A stretch of DNA of 63,211 nt, the filler included, from Dirinaria sp. TL-2023a (taxonomy: Eukaryota), in the NCBI GenBank assembly GCA_051941275.1. It is 18 parts of 18 records of this genome, joined end to end, with 100 filler letters (N's around TTAATTAATTAA, not from the genome) between each part and the next. Parts side by side here need not be neighbours in the genome. Positions count along the whole stretch, not along the records: positions 45,958 to 49,334 come from JAVEBF010002056.1; positions 49,435 to 52,808 come from JAVEBF010002057.1; positions 52,909 to 56,280 come from JAVEBF010002058.1; positions 56,381 to 59,746 come from JAVEBF010002059.1; 14 more parts are not named here. One strand, 5' to 3'. The notes under the pieces were generated by a model, which was not told the DNA's origin, did no database searches, and worked only from the letters and a program-made list of their open reading frames with translations. This document shows, one piece after another, positions 46,470 through 59,846 of this stretch. Numbering within the stretch: the first letter of the stretch is position 1; each line of letters begins with the position of its first letter. The translations under genes were made by a program, and so were the position numbers.

Positions 46470-48710
46470 TCAAAGTATCAGGCCAACATGACGACCACGC
46501 CTGAAGTAGCCTGTATAGTTGATGGCACACTGGAAGCAGCAGTCAGGATGTCTGAGATAATTCGCGTAGTAATCGCCTGCCTGAACCTGCTGAGGATCGG
46601 TACGAGGAGAAGGGTGCTGCATAACCATGATCCAACTTGCGGAGTCATCGCCCGCAACAAGCGCCACGTGCGTAGAGCCGTCCTTGCACTGGCGATAATC
46701 AATCGGACCCGGGCTTTCGGATTTGACATCTGGTCTCCCAAACCCGCGAAAAGCCCACGTGTCTGGAGGGAGCGTTGTGTACTGTCCAGTCCTGATATGG
46801 TGATCGCATGCTGGTAGATGGATCATTTCCCAGTAAGCATTTTGCATGGCTCGAAATCCCACGGTGACGTCTCTCGAGGCAGTTGGTTCGGCAATGGAGC
46901 GACAGCTGTAGATCTTGCCGACCTCGAAAGCGAGGTCAGAGACGGCGATGTAAGACTTCGCCTTTTCTGGCCGAGTCCAGCTCTCCAGGGCAACAGACTC
47001 GCCGGGCCCAGCAGCAATTTCGAAGCTATCGTCCAGCCTTTTGACTTGTTCGTAATTCACTCGTTTGGCGGCACCGTCGACAATAAAGCGCTTCCTCTCC
47101 CCTTCTCTCTTTGGGACGCCTTGCAGTACCGCGAGACTGGGGTACAACTTGCTCGGGTCATCGCCAGTCATTGATCCAAGGCATATGCACCATCCCCAGG
47201 AGCTTATAGCTGCAGTTTCATCCAGATCAATATCTCGCGAAGATCCTCGACCCACAAGTAGCTTGGACATAGAATGAAGCGCCTCGCGAGCATTTGGCAA
47301 ATGAAACGGCATGTAGGCGTCCTTTCTTAGAACTTCTATATCAAGTGATAATGCTGGATTTTTTTCGACATTCTCAAACATCGAGAGAATGAGTAGAATA
47401 TGAGCCAAAAGGTGTGTCAGCTTTTTCAATGTGCTGATAGCAGCGAGCTGGACTGTTCTATTTGATGAGCTCTCAACGTACTTTTTGAACCCGTCAGGTA
47501 AAGACTGCCCTTCCCATTCGGAACGTAATAGGCAGGGGAGGTTTTTTTGGACTGCCACTTCTTCTAGAAGCATCTCATGCCCCGGAAACATGATGTTTGC
47601 TATACGCAAAGCTTTTTCTGCCGCCGGAAAGATCCTGCTACCCCGGTGGCTCTCTTCCAATCCGTCGTGCGCAACTTGCCACCCGTCTTCGATGAGGCGT
47701 AGACATGATGTTGCAACGGTGTAAACAATACTGTTAATAGTTTCGGGTTGATGCAACTCGAATTCAATTATCCATAGCCCATACCCTGCGATGGAGTGCC
47801 TGCAGGCTGGCTCTAAGCTAACGTCCTCGATCGACTGCTCTACTTCGAACAATAGATCACTTGTCTCGTTCACCAGTGAGGCTGATGCTGGCACTGTTTG
47901 CCCAGATTTACTTTGAACAGCGTCGATGTAGACAGATTCTGGACCGTCTCCAAATTTGATGAAGGATCCCGCGCTTTCAACGAGGACAGTTAATCCAAGC
48001 ACATGATGGGCCCACACAACTAACGTTGAGATACCAGTAAAGGTGCGGATTCGTATCAAAGTCGCCTGAGGAAGATGTTGAACTGCGGTGAAGCCATCTA
48101 AGAGTGCTTGCAAGACAGGCAAAGGGATCGCTCGGCGCTCATACCAACTACCAGCGTCGTTAAAATGGTTGAAAGAAGCAAGCTTCTTATCGACGGCGGA
48201 AATTATCAGTTCCCACATGAATCCACTTGTCTGTTCCCGGCATGCTCTTAATGTTCCCTTGAGCGCATCATACCGAGGAGGTGCTGCCGGATCGTTAGAT
48301 GCTTTGCCTCGCCTTTCTAAAGCTTGCGCTAAAGATCTTGAGAGACTCGTCATCTCGTGCGTCCATGTCAACAGGCTCAATTGCAACACACTACTAAAAT
48401 AGGCAGGCTCCTTGAGACTTCGACGTACTGTAGGACCGGCTCCAGCTTCTAGCACAAGCTCGGCAACGTCGAAAAGCTTGTGCACTGCTGAGTGTCTGAC
48501 AGCCGTCCGGAAACTGCTTTCGAATTTAGGATCAATCCTATTACGGCCGAATACTTCGGCAAGATCTTCTTCTGTCACAGCATCGTAACCCTCGTCTCGC
48601 ATCTCCCGTAGAAGGCTAAGAAGTCCTCTACCTGCGACTCTAGCGAGAGGGCCCATTGGAAGTAGCTTGGTAAGTTCTACCGACAAAGAAAATTGGCTAG
48701 AGAGTGCCAT
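46470..48710 (-). CDS. 746-aa intronless hypothetical protein of a fungal family of unknown function
   Basis: Complete ATG-to-stop ORF. N-terminus MALSSQFSLSVELTKLLP...TEEDLAEVFGRNRI. C-terminal CCFQCA motif. Confidence 0.85.
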   Translation of the reverse strand: MALSSQFSLSVELTKLLPMGPLARVAGRGLLSLLREMRDEGYDAVTEEDLAEVFGRNRIDPKFESSFRTAVRHSAVHKLFDVAELVLEAGAGPTVRRSLKEPAYFSSVLQLSLLTWTHEMTSLSRSLAQALERRGKASNDPAAPPRYDALKGTLRACREQTSGFMWELIISAVDKKLASFNHFNDAGSWYERRAIPLPVLQALLDGFTAVQHLPQATLIRIRTFTGISTLVVWAHHVLGLTVLVESAGSFIKFGDGPESVYIDAVQSKSGQTVPASASLVNETSDLLFEVEQSIEDVSLEPACRHSIAGYGLWIIEFELHQPETINSIVYTVATSCLRLIEDGWQVAHDGLEESHRGSRIFPAAEKALRIANIMFPGHEMLLEEVAVQKNLPCLLRSEWEGQSLPDGFKKYVESSSNRTVQLAAISTLKKLTHLLAHILLILSMFENVEKNPALSLDIEVLRKDAYMPFHLPNAREALHSMSKLLVGRGSSRDIDLDETAAISSWGWCICLGSMTGDDPSKLYPSLAVLQGVPKREGERKRFIVDGAAKRVNYEQVKRLDDSFEIAAGPGESVALESWTRPEKAKSYIAVSDLAFEVGKIYSCRSIAEPTASRDVTVGFRAMQNAYWEMIHLPACDHHIRTGQYTTLPPDTWAFRGFGRPDVKSESPGPIDYRQCKDGSTHVALVAGDDSASWIMVMQHPSPRTDPQQVQAGDYYANYLRHPDCCFQCAINYTGYFRRGRHVGLIL

Positions 48711-50026
48711 GATTGATGCGAAGAGCTGGAAAATGGATTGAAGTACGCAGCGAGTAAAACGACGCCGAGTTAAGAAACGTAGAACGGATCTGTACCTACA
48801 ATGTTGACGATAGTGATTCTAACCGCTCTCTTTGACCGTGACCTCAATTACATGTAGCTGAGACGACATCTGTTTCGCCCAGCTTGGAGGTGGGAAGTCA
48901 TGTCTCATTGGTTGAGCTGCAACATCCCAGACGAGGAGCAGCCAATAGCTTGGGTTGGTCACAAAAGCAGCCACTCGAGTCCGAGGAAGCACAACATTTG
49001 GAAGCGTATCTAGAGAATGCATTTGATCTTTCACTAGATGTGGAAAAAACATGGAAAGATGCAAGTTGTACAGGGTGGTTAGCAATCCCAAGTAGACTTT
49101 CGCAGTCCATCCTGTAAATATAGAACAGTGTGCTTTCGCAAGCGTGGGTGTCCCTGATGGAATACCATCGGCGACGGTCTCATACAGTACTCTGCAATAA
49201 TTCTTAAGCTCTCACAAGCATCTCTTCTGCGGTCCTTTTGAGGATAATTGTAATTGAGCTTGACGCCACTAGTGAGATCAACTAGAAGTCGCCTGTCACC
49301 CGAACGCGCCAGAATGATATCTAGTCCCCCTACCNNNNNNNNNNNNNNNNNNNNNNNNNNNNNNNNNNNNNNNNNNNNTTAATTAATTAANNNNNNNNNN
49401 NNNNNNNNNNNNNNNNNNNNNNNNNNNNNNNNNNCCCCCGGGTCCGAGGTTACCAAACTGTACTGTGCTGTACCTACAGGTACAGGTACTCGTACTCGTA
49501 GTTTACAGGGTCGGTCCTGTCCGCATGTCAGCCCTCCAAACTCCAAAGTATAAGGTACGAGTACCTTACCTCATCCCGCATACATTACTTTACAAAACAG
49601 GTCAACGCCTCCGTACTAGGGAACATAGCTGCATAATGTAATGCATACATGTAGCTAGCTTCTCGCATTATCATGACTATTATAACCGGAAGAGGGTCCC
49701 CCCGGCTTTTGGGTTCTGTCGTCGTGCCCGGCATTGCAAGCACAGAGGCTACGGGGCAAGAGGAACAACAAATAGATGCACGCAACGAATCTCGTACATG
49801 TTTTGTCAACGAACGAGGTATCTCGAACAGCAGATTGCCTCCCAAACCCCCTATCCCAAATAATTGTTATTACCGATAACCCCCAATACCCGACCGCTCT
49901 TTCCGTTGCCGGAATCTATGGTGCCTGTATAATCAGGATGGAGATACGTGAAGATCGTTAACGGACCGTGTCTTCCAGCGACAGGTAACAAATAATACTC
50001 GAAATATACCAATGCTGCCTGAGCGC

Positions 50027-52100
50027 TCAGCGCTGATTGTGATTCTGGTCGCACATGGTCAACGCAGTCGAGCCTGGTTTCAGTCCCCGGGCAGCGATAA
50101 TAGCGGCATCGACTGCCAACGGATTGATCAGCTCTTCATCGCCATCGCTTGCAGCTGCGCTGGCTTCTTGTTCGTCCATACGACCGCCGGTCTGGCCCAC
50201 CCAAAGGCTCTCGACCGCACCGAGGACACTGACAAGACCACTGACCCAAAAGACTAGGCCGGCGCAGCCAACCTTCAGGCCCGCCGTGTAGATAATGCCA
50301 GAAAGCGTCGGTCCAAAAGCCCGCATCAGGCTGGCAGTAGATGCCGCAACGCCGTTGATAACTCCCAGCACGAGCATCGACGGCGCTGAGTTTGTCAAAA
50401 GAATCGCGTGCGACGGATATGCCAAGACTTGAGCCGTGATCCGCCAAAGGAGACAGAAATAGACGCCAGCCAACTGGAAGCGGTCAGGGAGTAGGATGAG
50501 ATATGGAACTGCGACGTATAGCATTGGCCAAACAAAAAGGACAAACCGAAACGTCTTTACGCTGCCAAATCTGGAGGCCACCACAGGAAAGAGGAACAGT
50601 TGAGCCAACATCGAGTACAATCCCTGCAACGAAAGCATCAACCCAATCGTTTTCGATGACAGTCCAAGGCCACCGGTAAACTCGAGGGGCAGAGACGGCG
50701 GCTGTTGTGCGACCGGCGTACTAAGAAGCAATGGCAACATGGTATCGAAAGACATAGTGTGACTACGCCAAGGTTCAGCAAGCTCGAATCAAGAGAAATG
50801 GTAGCCGGTGAACTTACTACGCCAGTACACCATACGCTACAATATTGAGGACAACCTGCTTCGTGAAAGCTTTGTGGATTGCACCTGGCTTACGTTCGAG
50901 TCCCTCCTTGACTTTGACATCCAAAGCCATGCGCGCTGTAGCTACGGGCGACTGAGAGCGTGATAATTGGCGGTGCGGTGTGCCTTCTGTCGTACAATAA
51001 CCCGGGGGCTCTTCGTCTCTTAGCAGGGGTCTTGAATCTTCTATGTTTGCATCTTCAGCCTTGTCGTATGATGGATGTGGCAGCGGTTCGCGTGATACTC
51101 GGCGCAAGATCCATTTACCAATTTCAAGGCCCGGATCACGCCTGTGCTTCTTCTCCGCATGAGTCTCCTCAAGGAAGAGTAAACCAATCAGGACCCCTAT
51201 AGCAAGGATTGCAGCGCATACGAGGTTTGGTAGTAAGAAAGGGAATTTGTCGAGGAGAGTGCCACGAGCGAACACTGACGGGTAGTTTTCGCAGGGTTGA
51301 GCTAACGCTCCTCCAATGGCCGGACCAATGACTGACCTGTATTGTTCGGTTTAGAGAAGCTGTTCAATTGGACGCCGCAACCACCTACCCAAGACACCAA
51401 ACAAAAGGCATGATGGCATAAGCGCGAGCTGCGTGTTGTCAGCGATGACCTCATCGGACAATTCTCCAACTTACGCTGGTGCTCCTTGATCGTTACTATC
51501 TCCGCAACCGTAGTTTGAAGCACACCGATATTCCTACAGGCCGTTGATCAACCATTGCCCCGTCAAGAGTCCTCGGCTTTCACAATCCATACCCATTTAA
51601 TAGACCTCCAAGAGCTCGGCCTAGAAGCGCCACTGGCAGGCTTGGCGCAAAGCCAAAAAGGAGCATGCTCAACAGTGTCCCAGCCAACCCTGATATGAGG
51701 ACCGGCTTCCGCCCCACCCTATCGCTCAGTTTGCCCCACAGTACGCCCGTGGAGAATTCGGCAAATGCAAAGGCTGATGTGATCATGCCCGCATAAACGG
51801 AAATTTGTCGATCGTCATTGGTGACATTGAAAGATACAACCATGTAATAGCTGTAGGGAAAGATGGACATGAAGGCGATGGGCTCGCATATTCGGCACAG
51901 TGCTAGAATTTGATCCGCGCGTCAGCAATTTGCCCTGGTCCACTGGCTACGCAACGCGGTTGCCTTTTCGCAGCAAGGGCATGGATCCCTGGATCGAGAA
52001 CGGCCATACCTAGGATGAAGAGCTGTTGAGACGGAAAACGAGGCATCGCGGAGTCAAGGGTGCCCTGGCGCCCACGGCTGACGGTCCTGTACTGCAGCAT
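50027..52100 (-). CDS. MFS transporter (ZIFL/YCR023C-like)
   Basis: FPSQQLFIL|ALCRICEPIAFMSIFPY, WGKLSDRVGRKPVL, GGLLNG|NIGVLQTTVAE, GPAIGG, FPFLLPNL and GVINGVAAS..SLMRAFGP; several canonical introns. Confidence 0.93.
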
Positions 52101-54855
52101 CGCTGTTCCTAGCACAGTGGTGGAAGAAGAGCGTGGGAAATGGTTGAAGAAGAGAACAATCGTCGCCGGGGACCAGTTGCGGATTATGCAATTTGGCAGG
52201 CAGTCAGGCTGCCCTGTCGTTTCCGTCTTGGGGGCCTCGAAAGGTAGCAGCCAGTCGGAGGAATTAAAACGGCTATGCCAGTAGGAGACAGGTGAGGCTG
52301 CAGGCAATGGGGAATCGTTTCAAGCACGGATGATCATCATTTGGCCTGCCGGGGCCAATGGTTTGGGAAGCTGATTTGGGGGAGTGCAGCACGCTGTGAA
52401 TGCGCGCAGGGAACGGACGTGCTCGTTATTGACTTGACGGCAAACATCGGCCTCATGTAGCACGATGGGGTCACACAGCTGCGGGCAATTAAACAATTCG
52501 CTCGCCGAGTGCCTTAACTTTGGAGCAAACAAGGAAATGCAATGTAGAAGTGCGAAGGGGGCGAGAAGATGCCTTGCAGGCAGGATTGGTCTGAAGAGGA
52601 TCCTTTCTTTGGTGGGGCGTTTTTGAGAGAGAGAAATACACCACAAAAAAAAAGGAGTAGTAAAGCAAGCACCCCGGTTATGAGATCCCATGACTGTGGT
52701 CGATCGATCCTTTGCGGACGGCATGTCTTACTTCAGATGTGCATGGCCGTTTTTCGGGAACGCCAGGATGGGCCCTTTGTCGACAGAAGAACCAGAAAGT
52801 GCGAAAGCNNNNNNNNNNNNNNNNNNNNNNNNNNNNNNNNNNNNNNNNNNNNTTAATTAATTAANNNNNNNNNNNNNNNNNNNNNNNNNNNNNNNNNNNN
52901 NNNNNNNNCACACCGGGTACTTAGCACCTTTCCTTCTCACCTGCTTCATACTTTCTTCCATAGTCTCTACACAATACATACTATGCACCCTACCTTGCTA
53001 CTTGCACCTTATCCTGGATCGCACCCTCATAATCTTAACACTAAGGAATTCGTTCACCCACCCTGATCATTACTTTGGTCGTCCTCTGATTTCATCCAAA
53101 TAGCGTGTTTTCCTACCGTGGAAGTGGGTTTTCTTCTACCAAATGGGTGAATTTTGGTTAGCATGTAATATTTGCTATATCGTCTCCTATTATTCTATTT
53201 TGGGTAATCGTTTGAATCTTCGGTCCTCATGCGATTTTGAGGCAACTGGGACGGTAAAGCAGAACTCAAATCAGTCCAATAGCTTTGTGCTCAAGAGTTT
53301 TTCAACAGAGGAGCACTAATGATACTATGCGAGATCTTAGCTTTTTTTAGGGAATGGGCTCATATTTCACATTTCACAGCTTCGCGTCTCGCATTCCGAG
53401 CCGAGCATTGATATTGAGCTATACCTCGAGACTGATGGTCTTGTCCTATCCAACAAGTCTGGCTGGCTATTGAGTTAATCTTCATCTTGGTATGGCTAGC
53501 CATGCTGGTATGGGTTTTAGCAGAGCCAGCGATCGTCACGACAACTAAAAGGGTATCAACAACCGGTTACCTAGCCCCTGATAGTGCCCCATCACCAGCT
53601 GCGGCTCCACATGCCATTTTACAGCTAACTGTACCTTGGGTTCACAATGCTGATGGGGTTGCGAATGTCGAGCAATCTTTCACAGGCTAGCTATCATATT
53701 CTGAGAATGGATCCACTGGTAAGAGCAGTCAAGACGCCCGATATCACAGCCAATTTCTGACCAGATTCGACGCCAACTGCCATGGTCGCGCATCTGCAGG
53801 TCAACTTTACGTTCCCCTCGGTCATTCTGGAACACTCCTCGCTTGTAAATAGCGTTACATGTCGGCCAGGAAGAGCTCTCGATCGCAGTCTCGTCTGAAG
53901 AAGCTTTTTCATCAGTACTTGGATTCTGGACGTCAAGCCCCCCAATCCAGTTAGCATCTCATACGGCTGGACTTGGTGATTCAATACCGTACCGAAGGGC
54001 CTACTATTCGGTGAATCCGGTCAAATTTGTTGGCTCAACGAGCTTCGTTTCTGGGCAGCAGATGGATATTGAACATCCTATTGTGGAAGCTGAAATGGGG
54101 TGCGCGACCTACTTTCCTTCAGACCAAGGCAATAATGGCTCTGTGGGTGTCGCTAGTGCCAGCTCTACTAGAGGTCCAGCTGGTGGGAACACGCCTTCTT
54201 CAGGTTGGGACGGCTTTGGCGGCAGCATACTGCTCTGCGGCAGCTCGGTAACCCAATCCACAATCTCAGGTAACGAGATCACGCCGTCGTTTAGGCTTAG
54301 TAGCTGTCATAGCATCACAAGCTCGTCAGCTGATCCTTTCAGTGGCCTTTTACTTTCTGGCATCATGACGCCCCCAATCCTGTTCGATTGCAATCAAAGT
54401 CATCATAGCATTTTGCTTCTCAACGCCTGCCTGCAGGCACACAACAATCAGTAGTGCGGCCTTGAGCATGGTTCAATTGACAGCTTCGACAGCCGGAGCT
54501 CCAAGCAGAGGCATAATATTACCACTGTTGTTTTTTGGGCGAAGCTCGAGATTTGGAGAAGCGTAAGGCGATTGATGTGACCAATATACGATCTACAGAG
54601 AGCCTAAGGTAGGTGCTTGGCTCCCAATGAGGGGTCGTTAAAGTTAGAAGTTTCCCCCAAAAGTTGCAGCCAATCGAATGATTCTTGTGTTTCGAGAATC
54701 CCCTCATCGAAGAACCAATCAAAATGCACGAGTCCCCGTGATCGGTCTTTTCCTAACGTACAATAGATGAGGAGATCAAAACTTTTCTCGTATTCAAAAG
54801 CGCGACTTGCCATCAAATTGAAATTCAAGCACTCTTTAGACATCTCGATAGCAAG

Positions 54856-55827
54856 ATGGCACCACCTAGAAAGGCTTTGATTGCTGTCACTTCAGCACAT
54901 GCTCCCTTGTATCCCGACGGGAAGGAGACCGGTATGCTCCATCGACTAAGACCGCATTCGCGGTATGCTGACCTCGAACAAGGATTATTTGTCACCGAAG
55001 CACTTCATCCATTCAATGTGTTCCGCGAAGCCGGATTCGCTGTGGAGCTTGTCTCTGAGAATGGGACTTATCAAGCAGATTGGTTGTCGCAGCAAAAGGA
55101 ATGGCTTTCAGGCGACGACCAAACGGTATGGGAGGATCTAAATAGTGAATTCAGAAAGCAGCTTGATGCACATCTGAAGCCTAGCGATATTCATCCTAAA
55201 AATGTACAGCCCTCGTTTCATCTTGAGATGCGCGTCTCATGCTCTTGCGCAGTTTGGAATCTTCTTCGCGTCCGCCGGGCACGCGTCTTTGATTGACTAT
55301 CCTGATGCCAAAGGACTACAAAACATTGCGTCGGATATGTTTTCAGATGGAAAAATCATATCGGCAGTGTATGCGCTGCTTACCTGCTCAAAGTCTACCC
55401 AAATCTGATGCACCACAGTTGCCACGGGGGAGCCATATTTCCCGGGATCATCGACCCATCGACAGGAAAATCGATCATTGCTGGGAAGAGAGTGACCGGA
55501 TTCACGACCCAAGGGGAGGAGGAAGAAGGGGTCCTCGATACCATTAAGAGCTGGCACCGGCCGACAATCGAGGCTGCTGCTGCCAGCGCTGGCGCAATCT
55601 GCACGAGCATCATCCTTTGCGCTTACCGTATTGATGCTAACCATGAGGCAGACATTTCCCCACCCGGTCCATGGGATTCTTTCACACAGACAGACGGGCT
55701 GATCGTCACTGGTATGTATCGTTTCTGAGCAGCCCAATCCAAATTGACCGGCGTCTCCACAGGTGCGAATCCAGCATCCGCTCATGCGACAGCAGTTGCA
55801 GCGGTTGAGGCATTCAACAAGTTATGA
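54856..55827 (+). CDS. HSP31: Hsp31/DJ-1/PfpI-family glutathione-independent glyoxalase
   Basis: RKALIAVTS...GKET|GLFVTEALHPF, GIFFASAGHASLIDYP, SAV|CHGGAIFP, GKRVTGFT and VTG|ANPASA; multi-exon. Confidence 0.92.
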
Positions 55828-56648
55828 TTAGCACTATGGAGACGAATCGGGAGCGAGTGGGATCTGACTTCTTTCCAGAAACTTTTCGAGTGCTGGCGGG
55901 GAAACGTTATATACGAGATGCTTCAGCGCTTTCCTTTATCCGAATCGTATATTTATAACTCCGCCAATTTAATCGGAAAACCAAATACAGGGATAAGAAA
56001 GACCCTTACAGATCCGTGAAGGCTTACCTGTCAACGACTCGGTATCAGGTGTAAATGTTTGAAAACGACAGATCCCCTTGGATTTCATCAAAATCATCAC
56101 ATTCGCAAGCGACTTTCAAGTTTGGCTATGGCATGAGATATATTGAAAAGAAAGCGTATCTCGACTCGTCTCATCGTTGGCTCTCAATTCTCTTTCTCGT
56201 CATCTTCAAAGGGCGAACTCTTTCATTGCTCGATTGGCCTTGCCATGTTCCAAAATCTTCACGGCTTCACTGTTGCGTGCNNNNNNNNNNNNNNNNNNNN
56301 NNNNNNNNNNNNNNNNNNNNNNNNTTAATTAATTAANNNNNNNNNNNNNNNNNNNNNNNNNNNNNNNNNNNNNNNNNNNNAAGCGAGCAGGTAAAATCCT
56401 TCTGAGCCGGAAGGAAGAATCCTTCAAGACGCTTCATAAGCAGAGGCACTCCACTCTGACGTCTGTGGCTCAGCATCCCCACGGTCGCGTATTGGCGAAA
56501 AACTCTAGACGGATCCTCGTACCAGTACATAATAATTCTTGGATTACAACATTTTGTGGGTTTGTCAAGATACTTTTCTCTGATACTGTATCTCAACCTG
56601 AATTCGAGAGCCGCTGCCTTATTGTAAAGTCGAGCTCTATAGTCAGTC

Positions 56649-57300
56649 ATGGTCGCAATCATCGCTTTCTTTCTTGCAGCGCTCCTGCCCTGGTCCAATT
56701 TAGCTGCTCCACATCAGCCCGCGCCGCAACAGTCTACATCAGAGCCTCTGAACATCACCACTATAGCGGCCAATGACCGGAACGAATCCACGATCGAATG
56801 CTGGTCTGTTGCAGAATTGCAAATCTCCAATACGCCTGGGATTCAAGGTGCACTGCTCGGTAGCTTAGGGACGTCGAGCGGGGTGAACTATTTCAATATC
56901 CCTGCAGGATTGGACGGGGGTTTGCATAATGCACCTGTGGTGCAGTGAGTGACTTCCTTGCCCTTTCCCTCTATATTTTCCCTGCTGACACGACCTGACC
57001 TTGACTCACTCCTACAACCTCAACTAATTCTCTCTTACCAGGTACGTATGGTTCACCAGTGGGAAAGCTGTAATATCCCTACCGACATCCAGCGAAACCG
57101 CTATGGTTCGAGGCGGAGCGAATGGGTTGATCTTGGCCATTGACATTGCGGCAGTGAGTAAGTTGGGACACAAAACGGTGTATCCCAGTAGGAGAAGGAC
57201 GGTCGGGACCGCTATCGCCTTAACTAACAATACGGTGCCGGAGCATACTGTCTTGCATGCTGGCGCGTGTACAGAGGAGGAGGGTCCCGAGTTATTCTAA
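56649..57300 (+). CDS. Small secreted cupin-like protein
   Basis: Signal peptide, then LNITTIAA...STIECW and GLHNAPVVQ|YVWFTSG...GGANGLILAID. One intron starting at ~56945 (GTGAGT...CAG). Confidence 0.8.
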
Positions 57301-57733
57301 TGTCAGAGACTTTGATGATAGAGAAATAGGGCCATTGGTAAGAATTGACGAAGAGAAACGAGGGGTGAAGTAAAAGAAAAGATACGAGTTGAGGCGTGTG
57401 GACCAAGACTTAAGTTGTTCATAATGCTGCTCGTGTCGATCAAGTTCTTAGAAGTATAAACGCCAGACCATAGCGCTCTCAGTGTTGCTCTTAGTATTTT
57501 CAGATTGCAGGGAATTCTTCTCTCTTCATCCTATCATACTCTATCATACCTACAGTATGTACTCTATCTCTAGGATCTCCCAGGTGATGAGGCAATGCCA
57601 AGAGACTGCCAAGACAGCTCGACACTGAAGCCTTGGCCCGAGGTATCATAGCGGGGCTTCTCGTCCGATGTCGCGGTCTTGCGATTTCCCTCGATCAGCC
57701 AAGGGATGGTTATGACATTGATTGTCGGACAAT

Positions 57734-58636
57734 ATGGCAGAAGCACCTCTCGCGATCGACACTACGGTCTCTCTCAACGACGGAAACCATATTCCTCTCC
57801 TTGGCCTCGGAGTCTGGGCTTCCTCTGCCTGTGAGAAAGCATGTCTTACTTCCTTTGATGAGGGCTATCGTCACATAGACACAGCGCAGCTCTATGGCAA
57901 CGAGACCGAAGTTGGAGTACGAATCACTTCTGTCATCTTCGAACTCGCTCGCTGACATAGACTCATTCAGCAAGCCTTGAAAAGATCCTCCCTCCCACGC
58001 TCTTCGATCTATGTAACGTCCAAAGTCTGGCATGACAAACACACCCGTCAAGGCGCCTACAACGCGGTCAACGAATCGCTGGCCAGCCTCAATCTCGATT
58101 ACATCGATCTTTACCTCCTCCACAATCCCGCAGCGGGACCTCAAGGTCGTCACCAAGCATACCTCGGCCTGCAAGATGCCCTACAGGAAGGCAAATTGAA
58201 AAGCATCGGCGTCAGCAACTTTACGCCGGGACACATCCGAGCACTGATGAACAGCGATGGCGTCACGGTGAAGCCGTCCATCAATCAGGTTGAGCTCCAT
58301 CCCTGGAATCAACAGCAGGAGATCGTCCGATATTGCAAAGCCGAGGGTATCGTCGTGCAAGCCTACTGCCCCTTGACCCGGGGCATTAAATTGGGGGATC
58401 CGACCATCGCGGAAATAGCGAAGAAACATGCCAAATCCGCTGCGCAGGTGGTTCTTCGATGGATCCTGCAGCAAGGCATAGTCGCCATACCCAAGAGTGA
58501 GAATCCCGGCCGCATCAAGGAGAATGCGGATCTTTACGATTTCGTGCTGGACGACGAGGACTTGCGCAAGATAGCCAAGCTCGACAGCGGACAGGCGGGA
58601 AGCGTCACAGAGTGGGATCCTTGGAAACTGGATTGA
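57734..58636 (+). CDS. Aldo-keto reductase (2,5-DKG reductase-like)
   Basis: GYRHIDTAQLYGNETEVG|, YVTSKVW, DYIDLYLLH, KSIGVSNF, NQVELHP and IPKS; one intron ~57917-57970. Confidence 0.95.
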
Positions 58637-58928
58637 AGAAAGTTTTTGAACGATCGCTCGAGGCTCTCATGCAACAACTTTATGATCGAATGCTGCGTTT
58701 GGGGGGGCAATCCTGATTAAGAGAATCCGATGGAGAAAAAAAAGTCAAGTCTTGTTCTTTTCTGCATCTCCTTCCCCCGTCGAATGTCGATATATTCTAT
58801 CAGCATATGTCAATATTGCTTACCGTATATTGCAGAATATGGCGCGTATACTCAACGCTTTCTAAAGAAAGTATTACTATATAAGTAAAAGCTAAGACGC
58901 GTTCGTTAACTCTGTGAACACACAGCAG

Positions 58929-59746
58929 CTACTCGGCGCCCGCGCTCTGCAGTTTGTTGCTCTTGTAGGATTGAGGTATCTGTTCGGCCCTCGCGATTTT
59001 TGCTTTTCCCAAAAAGAGAGTAGAACGTGAACCAAACCCCTGGTTTAGTAGCCCTTGAAATATATTCTCCCATTTTTCCTTCATAGCACGCTCCGCGGCA
59101 GGGAGACGAAGCGTATTTATCTGATCTGTCAGAGCCAAGATTCTATCGACTCTCACCTGCCGAAAGATCTGCCAGAACGTTAGAGCTTCGCTCAAACAAA
59201 CCTTCATGAAATGTTTGAAAAGGAGCAGGGCAAGGGTGCAGATATCTTCAAAATTCTGGTTAACACCTTGCGCATCAGATGTAGGGATGGCATGAGCCGC
59301 GTCACCGAGGATCAGGCCTCGTGAATTAGGGGATACTTATTAGTCCTCAGGCTTCGAAATGCTGTAAAAGTCAGATTTTACCGGATTCGGAGCCGATGCT
59401 CTCTAACGCTGACTGAGCAATATCAGGCCACGAAGATTGATGCTGACGCGGCAGTGTGAGAAGGTAGCCTTTCGAATTGGATAGATCGTCCCATCTGACA
59501 CTTTTTTTTTTTTTTTTTTTCAGGGAAGCTCCGAGTGCCAATGATCAGATCTACAGGAACCTCGCTGCCGCAGGCCAGCTCAAGTGGGTGCTCGCGGGCG
59601 GCAGCCAGAAAGCCACCAAGCTCAAGGAAAACTTGAACATCGCCGCCGTCAAGGTCTTCACGCATTCTGTCTCTGAACCAGAGTTCGTTTTGTTTTCAGG
59701 TGGAAGCGCATCCCGAGGCAATGTCGAAGGAGCCTAAAGTCCCTCC
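58929..59746 (-). pseudogene. FAD-dependent monooxygenase pseudogene, C-terminal half
   Basis: ILGDAAHAIPTSDAQGVNQNFED motif. Upstream PDIAQSALESI..I* and FYSISKPED* have stops where Trp is expected, plus frameshifts. Confidence 0.7.
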
Positions 59747-59846
59747 NNNNNNNNNNNNNNNNNNNNNNNNNNNNNNNNNNNNNNNNNNNNTTAATTAATT
59801 AANNNNNNNNNNNNNNNNNNNNNNNNNNNNNNNNNNNNNNNNNNNN

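Noticed and set aside
53487..54454. Possible degenerate secreted-protein gene
   Set aside because: The ORFs are fragmented and I recognise no motif, so I cannot support a call.
3467..59846. Regularly spaced TTAATTAATTAA palindromes as a biological repeat array
   Set aside because: They are embedded in fixed N44 runs between size-sorted contigs and are assembly linkers. ORFs ending in X runs are artefacts of them.
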